64,000 bases of DNA from Candidatus Latescibacterota bacterium (GCA_965219455.1 OZ244744.1:128001-192000), one strand, 5' to 3'; shown: positions 10,056 to 19,579, numbered from the stretch's first letter. Notes: generated by a model not told the origin, from the letters alone. Numbers and translations are program-made.

Positions 10056-11555
10056 ATGGGCCTCATTCGGTTTCTGGCGCCGCTCGCCTGTCTTGCAGTC
10101 CTCCTTTCAGAGGTCGCCGCAGAGGCTCAGAGTCTGGCGCAAATCAGGCGCAGAGCCTTGCAGATTGAAGGAGAGATCTCGCAGATCCGGGGGCTGCAGT
10201 TCAAGTGGTCCATCGACATCGAGGTGCAGAGTCCATCCGAGTTTCAGGCGTACGCCGAACGGCAGATCGACCTACAATTTTCCGCAATGGACTGGGAATA
10301 TTACGATCAGGTGATTCGAAAACTTGGGCTGTACAGCGGAGCGTTCATCCTCGATCGCTCGCTGTTGCTCACGTTTCTGCAAGCCGGCGCGCTCGCATAT
10401 TACGATCCCAACGTGGACCGGTTTTACATCCTGAAGCAAAACCTTCCTGAGAATGTGCTGGACGCCGTTCTGGCTCACGAACTCTGCCATGGCTTGCAGG
10501 ACCAGCATTTCGATCTGAACCGATACCTGCCCGCGCAAGTCGATTCTTTAAATTCCGACGAACAGCTCGCGCGCCAGGCGGTCGGGGAGGGCGAGGCCAC
10601 GTACATCGAGACCATCTGGACCCTGAACAACCGCAATGGGCGGATGCCGGGACGTGGGCTGTTACAGAGCATGATCGGCAGCCAGATGCGATTTGACGTC
10701 CAGTCACTCCGGGACGGGATGAAGCAAGTTGCAAGATTGCAGGGCGGTTCACCACGGGAACTGCAAACCATCGATCAACTTCCTGATTTTATGATATTGC
10801 AGCAGGCCATCGTCTACATCTTCGGCATGAATTTCGTCCACCAGATTCAGGGGTACGGATGGAACACCGTCGATCGGCTCTACACGGAACCCCCGGTTTC
10901 GACTGAACAGATCCTGCATCCGGGAAAATGGGTTGCCGGGGAAAAACCGGACCGGTTTACGTGGCCGCCGTTTCAGGAAGCGGGTCTGTTCGACGACTGG
11001 ATGCTGCTGGACGAGGATACGATCGGAGAATTGACGTGGCGGATCATCTTTTCCGAGTTCGACATGGAAGTCCGCGGCGAATCGGCGGCGCAAGGATGGA
11101 ACGGGGACCGATACGCGGTCTTCCAGTCGCGGGACGCACGGGACCTGCTTCTTCTGGTTTACTCAAGTTGGGATACCGAGGACGACGCGGACGACTTCGC
11201 GGATGCCTATCGTGAATTGCTCACGTTTAAGTACCCGTCGGATACCGGATCAATTGCCGTATTGCAGGACGGGCGGGACGTGCTGATACTGGAAAGTGAC
11301 GATTACATCGATTCCGAAGCGATGCTCGCGTTCATGGGCAGGATGCGAACCTGGGAGAGGGAGGCCGTCGCACGGGTCGATTTCGATGCCAGCGGCCAGG
11401 TGGATTTCGGTGATTTCCTGCTATTCGCGCGGAATTTCGGCAACGTGGATGGCGCGGTTGATTTCGATTCGACCTTCGATCTGAACCAGGACGGGCAGAT
11501 TAATTTTCCGGATTTCCTGGTGTTCGCAAGGCATTTTGGAAAATCGGTATCCTGA
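10056..11555 (+). CDS. Secreted zincin-like metalloprotease with C-terminal EF-hand/dockerin-like domain
   Basis: Signal peptide; HELCHGLQDQHF plus EGEA third ligand; PPVSTEQILHP; tandem DFDASGQVDFGDF / DLNQDGQINFPDF repeats. Confidence 0.75.
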   Translation: MGLIRFLAPLACLAVLLSEVAAEAQSLAQIRRRALQIEGEISQIRGLQFKWSIDIEVQSPSEFQAYAERQIDLQFSAMDWEYYDQVIRKLGLYSGAFILDRSLLLTFLQAGALAYYDPNVDRFYILKQNLPENVLDAVLAHELCHGLQDQHFDLNRYLPAQVDSLNSDEQLARQAVGEGEATYIETIWTLNNRNGRMPGRGLLQSMIGSQMRFDVQSLRDGMKQVARLQGGSPRELQTIDQLPDFMILQQAIVYIFGMNFVHQIQGYGWNTVDRLYTEPPVSTEQILHPGKWVAGEKPDRFTWPPFQEAGLFDDWMLLDEDTIGELTWRIIFSEFDMEVRGESAAQGWNGDRYAVFQSRDARDLLLLVYSSWDTEDDADDFADAYRELLTFKYPSDTGSIAVLQDGRDVLILESDDYIDSEAMLAFMGRMRTWEREAVARVDFDASGQVDFGDFLLFARNFGNVDGAVDFDSTFDLNQDGQINFPDFLVFARHFGKSVS

Positions 11556-11633
11556 GTTGTTTCTACGTTCTGTTTTTGATTCCACACCGCTCCTACCGGA
11601 ATTTCCTATCGCCGGGTTTATTCGAGGTCCCAA

Positions 11634-11903
11634 ATGAAGCGGAGAAAATTCCTTTAGAACCGTACCTGGCCAGGTGTCCTTTCTGGTGTTGGTTTACTGA
11701 CGTTACTTGCGGCAGCGTTTGGGATTTCAACCGGGATCGTCATCAGGTATTTTCTTCCTGACTTGGACATCGAAATTGTCGTTAGCGCCGTTGCCGGGGC
11801 GATGGCCAGTCTCGTTTTGACAAGGGACCAGTACTTGAATTGGGCACACCGAGTGGTGGAGAAGTTGTCCGGGGCATCCGAATCCGACGCTGGCGAACAG
11901 TAA
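11634..11903 (+). pseudogene. Small two-TM membrane protein with an in-frame TAG at codon 8 (pseudogene or readthrough)
   Basis: RBS GAGG, then MKRRKFL*NRTWPGVLSGVGLLTLLAAAFGISTGIVIRYFLPDLDIEIVVSAVAGAMASLVLTRDQYLNWAHRVVEKLSGASESDAGEQ, ending TAA TAA. The TAG is at 11655-11657. Confidence 0.55.
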
Positions 11904-11958
11904 TAACAGAAGCGCCTGAACCGGGATGTGCCCGTGACAATACCGCTGTCGAACCGGC

Positions 11959-12861
11959 TCAGGTATCGGTCACGAATAAATCCGAAAGCGAATCATCTGA
12001 TAGTCCTTCCAGAGTAGCGATCTCCGCTTCCACCTCCTCTATAAGCAGCATCCGCAAACCGGAATCGTCAACCGCCTCACGCGCCATTTCCTTCGCTTTT
12101 GTCGTCACTTTGTCGCGCGCCCAGGCCGCCATCCCTTCAGGGCCGAGACAATCGGATTCAAAGGCGGCTATTTCACGTGTGTCGGGAACCAGGGTCTCGA
12201 GGTCCAGTGCCAGCGCCAGGACCAGATGTCGAAGAAATTCCCTGAACCCGCACTCGTTCACAGCCTCGGCAAATGGTCGCAAGACCCGCAGCGGCAGAAG
12301 CCGGATAAAGCTCAGCCGGGCGTGCAGTTCCCGAAACTTCGCGTAATCCTGCAACGGGTCCACGGGCTTCTCGTCACAATCCTCCCCTCCCGAAACCGTC
12401 CAGGTCTCCGGGACAACACGTGACCAGCGATCAATGTGCCAGCCATAATCCCGCAAGAGATGCGCCTCCGGCCTCCCCGGGATCGAACGGCAGACCCGGC
12501 CCATCTCGTCCAGGCGGACAAACGCTTCCTCCCAGCCCCGCTTGCGTATCTTCTCGAAATCCGCCTCGGCAAGCAGATCCACCGCCCGGTTGAGATCTTT
12601 CTCCGCGACGACCGTAAGACCCAGTTCAAGGCTGACCAGCGTTTGCCGCACCCCTTGCTCCAGAACCTCCCGCGAAACGGCGATCCCTGTCCGGTACCGC
12701 TGGCCAAATCTGGTACCCTCCGTTCGCAAATAAGCCAGCAGGACGTCCGGGGTGTGTTCCGACAGTTTTCCGTACCTGACCCCCAGGGCGATTGCCTGGC
12801 CCAGAAAGCCTTCCGACCCGACTCTCAGTTTTTCAAAATCAACGCCTGCCAGAGGATTCAT
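11959..12861 (-). CDS. Hypothetical alpha-helical protein (possibly DUF6178/DUF6179-like)
   Basis: Protein-like sequence from MNPLAGVDFE; overlaps the upstream gene by 23 bp. The family resemblance is from memory only. Confidence 0.65.
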   Translation of the reverse strand: MNPLAGVDFEKLRVGSEGFLGQAIALGVRYGKLSEHTPDVLLAYLRTEGTRFGQRYRTGIAVSREVLEQGVRQTLVSLELGLTVVAEKDLNRAVDLLAEADFEKIRKRGWEEAFVRLDEMGRVCRSIPGRPEAHLLRDYGWHIDRWSRVVPETWTVSGGEDCDEKPVDPLQDYAKFRELHARLSFIRLLPLRVLRPFAEAVNECGFREFLRHLVLALALDLETLVPDTREIAAFESDCLGPEGMAAWARDKVTTKAKEMAREAVDDSGLRMLLIEEVEAEIATLEGLSDDSLSDLFVTDT

Positions 12862-13864
12862 TCGTCCGCTCCACCGTGTCTGCCTGCTTCTTCTCCGGTT
12901 GCTTGCTCGTATCTTCTTCATCAACATCGCTTTCGGCCCGTTCCCACGCCGCACGGATGATCCGGGAAAGCAGTTCGGGCGCCGCCTCGTAGAGCGCGTC
13001 GAGGACGATGCCGGTTTCCGGATCGTCGATGAAAGCGCTGGGACGGGTCCCGCCGAGCCCCTCGGTGGAAAAAAGCCGGAAACGATAGACCTGAAAGCCG
13101 GGGGGCCCGACGACCTCATTCAGATTCAGATGTCCCAGGCGGTCCAGCAGCGCATCCTCCAGAAGCGACGGATCCACCGCGCGCAATAACTCCGCCCTGC
13201 GGTCGAACTCGTTAAGCGTCGCCAGGGCCTGCAGCCACTCCCAGGATACGCGTGTGCGCAAATCGGGACTGTCCACCCGGTCCAGGGTTTCCGCCATTGT
13301 GCGCTGCAAAGCACCCGGGGACATCGCCCGGATCAACTCCGTATTGAACTTCCATTCGTCGGGGTTCAGCGAAACCATATTTCCCAGGGTCTCGGCGGGC
13401 AGCAGTTCCACCACCTTGCGGCTGTAGCCCGGAACGCCGGAACCGTCCGCACCGGTCATCGAGAGCATCTCCTCCGGCGCTCCGCTCATCGCCACCAGCG
13501 CGGCTTGTTCCTCTACGGGAAGCGCCTGCACCAGCGTTCGAACCTGTTCGGCGTCACCCATTGCCAGGAGCTGTCTTAACTCCCCTTCGCGTGCGGCCAG
13601 GTCGATCAGGTTCCCGGACCAATTCCCCAACAGCACCAGATTTCCCGTCACCTCCAGCGAACCCCGTTCGGGGAGTGTAGACGTACCGGACGGGTCACTT
13701 GCGGTTTCGCCCCGTTTCTCGTCCGAGCCCTTTTCCAGTTCCCGCTCTTTCTGACACTGTACGCACGTCGACACCCCGGGCATTTCTGCCTTGCGGTCCT
13801 TCGGTATCTCCACGCCACAGACCTTACATTGCTTCCGCCCGCGAATGATCGGTTTCTGAACCAT
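12839..13864 (-). CDS. TraR/DksA C4 zinc finger fused to helical (MgtE-N/FliG-like) repeats
   Basis: CKVCGVEIPKDRKAEMPGVSTCVQCQKERE; repeats VQALPVEEQAALV, VELLPAETLGNMV, IRAMSPGALQRTM, LRAVDPSLLEDAL; RBS GGGGAGGG 6 nt before ATG 13864. Confidence 0.7.
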   Translation of the reverse strand: MVQKPIIRGRKQCKVCGVEIPKDRKAEMPGVSTCVQCQKERELEKGSDEKRGETASDPSGTSTLPERGSLEVTGNLVLLGNWSGNLIDLAAREGELRQLLAMGDAEQVRTLVQALPVEEQAALVAMSGAPEEMLSMTGADGSGVPGYSRKVVELLPAETLGNMVSLNPDEWKFNTELIRAMSPGALQRTMAETLDRVDSPDLRTRVSWEWLQALATLNEFDRRAELLRAVDPSLLEDALLDRLGHLNLNEVVGPPGFQVYRFRLFSTEGLGGTRPSAFIDDPETGIVLDALYEAAPELLSRIIRAAWERAESDVDEEDTSKQPEKKQADTVERTNESSGRR

Positions 13865-14015
13865 AGACATCCCTCCCCGCAAAAACAATGATATCCCTCC
13901 AGCAACCGCTGGAAAAGGAGGGCCAGAATACGGAACGAATCGTCTAAAGGTAAAAAATACGAAACAGATTCGAAAAAGTCAATATAATATTATGTTTTTA
14001 AAGGATTTAAAATTA

Positions 14016-14044
14016 TTGACTTCGTATGCGATTATTGTTATATT
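14016..14044 (+). promoter_or_regulatory. Strong sigma70 promoter with extended -10 and AT-rich UP region
   Basis: TTGACT, 17 bp, TATATT with TG at 14036-37; AT-rich stretch 13950-14015. Confidence 0.7.
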
Positions 14045-14050
14045 ATTACC

Positions 14051-14100
14051 GGCAAGGATGAAGCAGAGGGCCGAGGCCGCGAGGCGCTTCGGCCTTTTTC
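14051..14100 (+). ncRNA. Candidate ~50-nt small RNA ending in an intrinsic terminator
   Basis: Begins about 7 nt after the -10; stem gagggccgagg / cttcggcctttt with a gcc-GCGA-ggc cap and a U-tract. Confidence 0.45.
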
Positions 14101-14343
14101 GGTTTGCAAGTGACATCCGACAAACCACGAGAACGCCCGTCAGCCCCACCCTTCACGCCGGAAATTCAGTGTTTTGCGGGGCCCTGCTTCACTTAGATAA
14201 CCCTTGACAAAATAGCGCCGCACGCTGTAATTTTCGGCCTTCAGGCTGCAAGTCCCACATCGAGCGGGCCGAGGTCGACCGGTCCTTTGGCCTTCCGGAG
14301 CGCTTTCCAGTGTGCATCCACGACAATATGGCACACCCACTCT

Positions 14344-15024
14344 ATGTCCCACATCCTGCTGCTTGACGGTGAAACACACGGCATCCGACTGAAGTCAGAC
14401 CTGGAATCGATCGGTCATACCGTCTCTCACCTGGCCTGGAACCAGGACCACGTTGACAGACTCGATGCAGGCAGCCAGCCGATCAATCCGGCCGACCTCC
14501 TCATCGTCGTCGACGATACTTACCCCGGCCAACTGCCTGAAACCGTTGAACACCTGTTGCGAACCCCCGGTGCCCGAAATACGCCACTGCTGCTGATCAC
14601 CGAGGAGACCCGCGTCTCGAACCTGGACTTCGCCACCGGAATCACCGACTTTATCACCCGGCCTTACTCCCTCGGTCAACTGGAAACTCGTCTGCGCTTG
14701 ATCCTCGGACCCGCGGAACGACGGGACGTTATCCAGTTGGACGAACTGGTCATCAACCTGGTGCGCTACGAAGTCCGCGTCAGCGGCGCGCTGGTCGACC
14801 TCACGCTGAAGGAGTACGAATTATTGAAGTACCTGGTTGTCCACCGCGGTCGCGTCTTTACCCGATCGGATCTGCTTGACCGGATCTGGGGGTACGATTA
14901 TCACGGCGGAATGCGCACCGTCGACGTACATGTCGCACGACTTCGCGCGAAACTGGCCGGCTTTAACGGCGCGATTTCCACCGTTAGAGGCGTGGGCTAC
15001 GGATTTGACTGGCCTCCGGCCTAG
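14344..15024 (+). CDS. Orphan OmpR/PhoB-family response regulator with atypical receiver (GlnR-like)
   Basis: wHTH LTLKEYELLKYL...FTRSDLLDRIWGYDYHGGMRTVDVHVARLRAKL; receiver has DFITRPY (Lys to Arg); no adjacent kinase. Confidence 0.85.
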   Translation: MSHILLLDGETHGIRLKSDLESIGHTVSHLAWNQDHVDRLDAGSQPINPADLLIVVDDTYPGQLPETVEHLLRTPGARNTPLLLITEETRVSNLDFATGITDFITRPYSLGQLETRLRLILGPAERRDVIQLDELVINLVRYEVRVSGALVDLTLKEYELLKYLVVHRGRVFTRSDLLDRIWGYDYHGGMRTVDVHVARLRAKLAGFNGAISTVRGVGYGFDWPPA

Positions 15025-15114
15025 TGTCCCGCGGGATCCGGACGTGGTTCCTTCCCAGCAACCGGGCGTTATTCCGGCTCACCATGTTGACAACCACGAA
15101 GACGGAGGGTGGAA

Positions 15115-15672
15115 ATGGATGGCGTAAGACATCTGACAATGAAAGAACTCGAAGAGGGATTGGACGAGGTCCGTGTTTCACCGGAAAACGAGGGCATTCT
15201 GGAAATGATCGTGCGACGGCCGGCAATCGGCCAGCGCGAAGTCCTCGCCGAAGGCGAACTTCACCCGGCCGAAGGCCTTGTCGGCGACAACTGGAAGTCC
15301 CGCGGCAGTTCCCGAACGCCCGATGGATCGGCCGATCCCGATATGCAGCTCAACGTCATGAACGCCCGGTGCGCCGCCCTTGTCGCGCAAGATAACAACC
15401 GCTGGCAACTCGCCGGCGACCAGTTGTACGTGGACCTGGATCTGAGCGAAGACAATCTGCCACCCGGCACCCGACTCTCGCTCGGCGCCGCTGTTATCCA
15501 GGTGTCCGAGCAACCCCATACGGGCTGCGGAAAATTCGTATCGCGTTTTGGCGCGGATGCGATGAAATTCGTCAACTCGGTTCTGGGAAAGCGGCTCAGA
15601 CTCCGCGGTCTCAACGCGCGAGTGATTCAACCCGGCACCGTACGAGCGGGAGATGTCGTAAGAAAGGTGTAG
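15115..15672 (+). CDS. MOSC domain protein
   Basis: GLVGDNW, LAGDQLYVDLDLS, PHTGCGKF..RFG, RLRGLNARVIQPGTVRAGD. Confidence 0.85.
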   Translation: MDGVRHLTMKELEEGLDEVRVSPENEGILEMIVRRPAIGQREVLAEGELHPAEGLVGDNWKSRGSSRTPDGSADPDMQLNVMNARCAALVAQDNNRWQLAGDQLYVDLDLSEDNLPPGTRLSLGAAVIQVSEQPHTGCGKFVSRFGADAMKFVNSVLGKRLRLRGLNARVIQPGTVRAGDVVRKV

Positions 15673-15845
15673 GGGCGGACACAAGTTACGGGTACAACTG
15701 GACCGTAACCATCGTTGTTGGCGCCAGAACGACGAGTGGGGATCAGGGGAATCCGTTCTTCCGGATGGTATGGGAGTACACGACCTCCGGGTTCCTCTGT
15801 TAACCCAACTTCCAGAATCGATGACCGGTTCCACAGGGGGCAGTC

Positions 15846-16622
15846 ATGGGCTTCAGATTCTGCCATTCAATGATCCACGACTACCGCGCGGGGGGTTGCG
15901 TGATTTTCCGGCAGATCCTGCCCCCGTCGCTCATCCGCGACCTCCGTCGCGCCACGGCAAAGGCGCATCACTATGCCCGCGAAAATCGTGGCCCGCAGGC
16001 TCAGCGCCTCCAACCCATAGTCAACTACGACATCGATATGAAGCCCTTCCAGGACTATGCCGAACTTCCCCCTCTGGTAGATGCCATCAGCAAAGTGCTC
16101 ACCCCCGGGCACAAAATCGCCAACGGCGAACTCAAGCGATTGGGACTATTGCTGGAACCGGAGGAAAAACCCTGGTGTACCGCGTGGCACCGGGACCTGC
16201 GCGAAACATCGAACGTACCCGACCTGGATGAGTTTCGCCGCGTAAACCACGATCCGCTCTGGTTCAACCAGATCAACTGCCCACTCTATGAAGACAATTG
16301 TACGTGGTATGTACCTGGCAGCTATCTGCGAGACGACCTGCCGGATGAAATTGACGCGGCCGGGGCGCTCCTGCCTCCGGAAGACGAATCGTACGAAGAA
16401 AGAGAACGCGCATGTCTGGAGTATACGCAGGCGATGCCGCGTTCGGAACGGTTTTTTATGGACGCGGGAGATTTCGCGCTCTACCATCCCAATGGTTGGC
16501 ACATCGGCAACTATCTGCCCGGACGCAGACGGGTAACGATCCACGATTTCGCGCCAAGCCCTGAAGTGCTGGACTGGTATGATCGCTGGGAACGCAAACG
16601 GGCGCAACCAGCCAAGGAATAG
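15846..16622 (+). CDS. Phytanoyl-CoA dioxygenase-like Fe(II)/2OG oxygenase
   Basis: WHRD, WYVPGS, AGDFALY...WHIGNY..RRVTIH. Confidence 0.75.
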   Translation: MGFRFCHSMIHDYRAGGCVIFRQILPPSLIRDLRRATAKAHHYARENRGPQAQRLQPIVNYDIDMKPFQDYAELPPLVDAISKVLTPGHKIANGELKRLGLLLEPEEKPWCTAWHRDLRETSNVPDLDEFRRVNHDPLWFNQINCPLYEDNCTWYVPGSYLRDDLPDEIDAAGALLPPEDESYEERERACLEYTQAMPRSERFFMDAGDFALYHPNGWHIGNYLPGRRRVTIHDFAPSPEVLDWYDRWERKRAQPAKE

Positions 16623-16740
16623 ATTCAGGGTGATATCGCACTTCGTATTCGATCTGATCAGCAAAAAATCGGGTATCAGGAAACCATTCAAGTCAAACGA
16701 TGACCAACACCGGGTTCACCCATACGGGAAGGAAACCATC

Positions 16741-17592
16741 ATGCAGAAAACCTGGACGTGGACCACGACAGGTTTCGGACTGGCTGAAAAGTCGCACGGT
16801 GAAATCATGGAAACCTGCCGCTTCGCCGGTCTGGCAGGCATCGAAGGCGCACCGCCTTTGTTTGAAGGAAAAACCGAAGCCGAACTGCAGGCACTGGGCG
16901 GAAGCTATCGAGCGGCGGGACTGTGCATCGAAACGTTTCACCTCCCCTTTTCTCCCGACGACGACATCGCTTCCTTCTATGAAACCACACGGCGGCGGGC
17001 CGTGGACAAAATGCGCCTCTGGATGGGAAGAGCCTCGTTGATCGGGGCCACCTTTGGCATCCAGCATCCCACCACGAACCGGTCTGACGCCAACGTGGAC
17101 GGACTCGAAACCTATTTCCGGCAAATCGGCAAAAGCCTGGACGCCCTCTTGCGGGAAGCGGAAGCCCTCGACTTCACAATCGCCCTGGAAAATATGCTAC
17201 CGTCCGGCGGCGGACGGTTCACCTCCAGTCCCGAACATTTCGAGCAGATCGTCCGGGACTTCGCCCACCCCAACCTGGGTTTCTGCCTGGATACCGGCCA
17301 CGCGCTGGTGGCCGGCCGCGGGGATGCGCATCGCTTCTTTGAAGTCATGGCCCCCCACATGGTCGCATTTCATCTGGCCGACAACGCGGGCGACCGCGAT
17401 TCCCACCTCGCGCCCGGCCACGGACGGGTGGATTGGCGCAGATTTTTCCGGCATGCCGCACGCATCGGCTACAGGCGTACAATGTGCATCGAAACCCCGC
17501 CTTTTGACTTCGGTCCCGGCTATACCGACGGCGCATGGAAAAAGATGGTGGCCGATACGGACGCATTGGCTGAGACCGCGCTGAAAGAATAG
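16741..17592 (+). CDS. Sugar phosphate isomerase/epimerase family protein
   Basis: IALENM, GFCLDTGHA, FHLADNAGDRDSHLAPGHGRVDW, CIE. Confidence 0.85.
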   Translation: MQKTWTWTTTGFGLAEKSHGEIMETCRFAGLAGIEGAPPLFEGKTEAELQALGGSYRAAGLCIETFHLPFSPDDDIASFYETTRRRAVDKMRLWMGRASLIGATFGIQHPTTNRSDANVDGLETYFRQIGKSLDALLREAEALDFTIALENMLPSGGGRFTSSPEHFEQIVRDFAHPNLGFCLDTGHALVAGRGDAHRFFEVMAPHMVAFHLADNAGDRDSHLAPGHGRVDWRRFFRHAARIGYRRTMCIETPPFDFGPGYTDGAWKKMVADTDALAETALKE

Positions 17593-17675
17593 ACATTCCC
17601 CACAGGTCGTTATTCGTACCTGGTCACGAAACCTGACACGGCGTTGGTCCCACGGACCGATAAGGAGCCGTTTCT

Positions 17676-18464
17676 ATGCATTGGCGGGAAAAGTATGGCC
17701 CATGGGCCCTGGTCACCGGCGCTTCATCCGGACTGGGAGCGGAATTCGTGAGTCAACTGGCTGCCAGGGGCCTGAACGTGGTGCTCGTCGCCCGCCGGGC
17801 GGAACGAATGGAAGCGCTCGCCGACGATGTCCGACGCGCCCACGGCATACAGACTCGCGTGGTTCCCGCGGACCTCACCGGTCACAACGCATGCTGCCTG
17901 GTCAGGGATCAAACCAGCGATCTGGAGATCGGCCTGTTGGTCAACAACGCCGGATTCGGCCTTTCCGGCGCATACGCGGATCTGGACCCGGACCGCGTTG
18001 TCAACATGACCGTATTGAACTGCGTCGTGCCGGTAATGCTCACCAACCACTACCTGCCCCCGATGCTCAATAGAGGTCGCGGCGGCCTTATCTATCTTGC
18101 ATCCACCGCTGCGTACCAGGCGACCCCGTACCTCGGCGTCTACGGCGCCACCAAGGCCTTCAATCTGCTGGTGGGCGAATCCCTCTGGAAGGAATACAGG
18201 ACAAGAGGCATCGACTGTCTGGCGCTCTCTCCGGGTTTCACAAGAACCGAATTCACCCGCGTCGCCCACATCAAGGATGCCAGCGGCTTCAGAGAAGCCA
18301 CGCCCGATGCCGTCGTGGCGCTGGCGCTGAGAAAACTCGGGAGAAAACCCTCCGTAGTCCACGGCCTCGCCAACAAGATGCTCAATTTCACAGGACGATT
18401 CATCCCTCGCCGCACAGCGATCGCAATCACCTCCGCCATGCTCAAAGGAAGAACCCTGACATGA
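17676..18464 (+). CDS. SDR family oxidoreductase
   Basis: TGASSGLG, NNAG, YGATK. Confidence 0.92.
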   Translation: MHWREKYGPWALVTGASSGLGAEFVSQLAARGLNVVLVARRAERMEALADDVRRAHGIQTRVVPADLTGHNACCLVRDQTSDLEIGLLVNNAGFGLSGAYADLDPDRVVNMTVLNCVVPVMLTNHYLPPMLNRGRGGLIYLASTAAYQATPYLGVYGATKAFNLLVGESLWKEYRTRGIDCLALSPGFTRTEFTRVAHIKDASGFREATPDAVVALALRKLGRKPSVVHGLANKMLNFTGRFIPRRTAIAITSAMLKGRTLT

Positions 18465-19579
18465 CACTGCAGATCGTCTGCCGGGCCTGCGACACCGTCC
18501 ATTCAGAGGATACCCGCCGCTGGAGATGTGGCTGTGGCGCGCCCCTGGACGTCGGGTTCCAGGCCACCATCGACACCAGCCGGATCAGGAGCCGGCCTCC
18601 GGGCATGTGGCGATATCGGGAAGCTCTACCGATTAAAGCGGATACCCATATCGTCTCATTCAACGAGGGGTCCACACCGCTTGTTCGGACGCAGATCGAC
18701 GGCAAGCCCCTTACCGTCAAACAGGAGAACCTCTTTGCCACGGGTTCCTTCAAAGACCGTGGCGCCTCGGTACTGATCAGCCGCGCCCTTGAACTCGGGG
18801 TCGGAAAGGTCGTGGAGGACTCCTCAGGCAACGCAGGCGCCGCCGTCGCCGCATATGCGGCAAAAGCGGGCATCGAGTGCGAAATATACGTGCCCGAATC
18901 CACGTCTCCCGGCAAACTGGCGCAAATCCGACTCTACGGTGCGAAACTGAACCGCGTTTCCGGTTCCAGGGAAGCCACGGCGCGCGCGGCAATGGAAGCG
19001 GCCGAACGCCACTTCTACGCAAGCCACGTCTGGAACCCGTTTTTCTTCCAGGGCACCAAAACCTACGCGTTCGAAATCTGGGAGCAGCTCGATTTCAACG
19101 CGCCGGATACCTTAATCGTCCCCACGGGGCACGGCACCCTGCTTATCGGCGCCTTTCTTGGATTCCAGGACCTTCTGAAGAACGGGCTCATCGCCAGGCT
19201 GCCCAGAATGATCGCCGTGCAGGCCGCAGGCTGCGCCCCCCTCTACCGAATGTGGCGGGACAAACTCTCGGAGATTCCCCCGGCATCCTCCGGCGATACC
19301 ATTGCCGAAGGAATTGCCATCGCCGAACCCACGCGCGCCTCCCAGATCCTGGACATTATTCACGAGACCGGTGGCCAGATCATCGCCGTGACCGATGCAG
19401 AAATCGAGAAAGCCCTGCTGGATATCTGCAAACAGGGCTTATACGCCGAACCGACCTCTGCAACCGCTGTAGCGGCCTTCAAGAAAATCCCCGCGGCCGG
19501 AGACGAGTGCATTGTGGCGCCTCTGACCGGACATGGACTCAAATCGACCGAGAAAATGCTCAAACTGGCCGAAGCGTAG
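18461..19579 (+). CDS. thrC: Threonine synthase-like PLP enzyme
   Basis: N-terminal zinc ribbon, TGSFKDRG (PLP Lys), DSSGNAG, PTGHG, EPTSA, LTGHGLK; ATGA overlap with the SDR gene. Confidence 0.75.
   Translation: MTLQIVCRACDTVHSEDTRRWRCGCGAPLDVGFQATIDTSRIRSRPPGMWRYREALPIKADTHIVSFNEGSTPLVRTQIDGKPLTVKQENLFATGSFKDRGASVLISRALELGVGKVVEDSSGNAGAAVAAYAAKAGIECEIYVPESTSPGKLAQIRLYGAKLNRVSGSREATARAAMEAAERHFYASHVWNPFFFQGTKTYAFEIWEQLDFNAPDTLIVPTGHGTLLIGAFLGFQDLLKNGLIARLPRMIAVQAAGCAPLYRMWRDKLSEIPPASSGDTIAEGIAIAEPTRASQILDIIHETGGQIIAVTDAEIEKALLDICKQGLYAEPTSATAVAAFKKIPAAGDECIVAPLTGHGLKSTEKMLKLAEA

Noticed and set aside
12862-13119. N-terminal extension of the 11959 ORF
   Set aside because: It overlaps the zinc-finger gene in another frame and is low-complexity; the plausible start is 12861.
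13992-14207. 71-aa ORF in the AT-rich intergenic region
   Set aside because: It has no RBS, runs through a promoter and a terminator, and is not protein-like.
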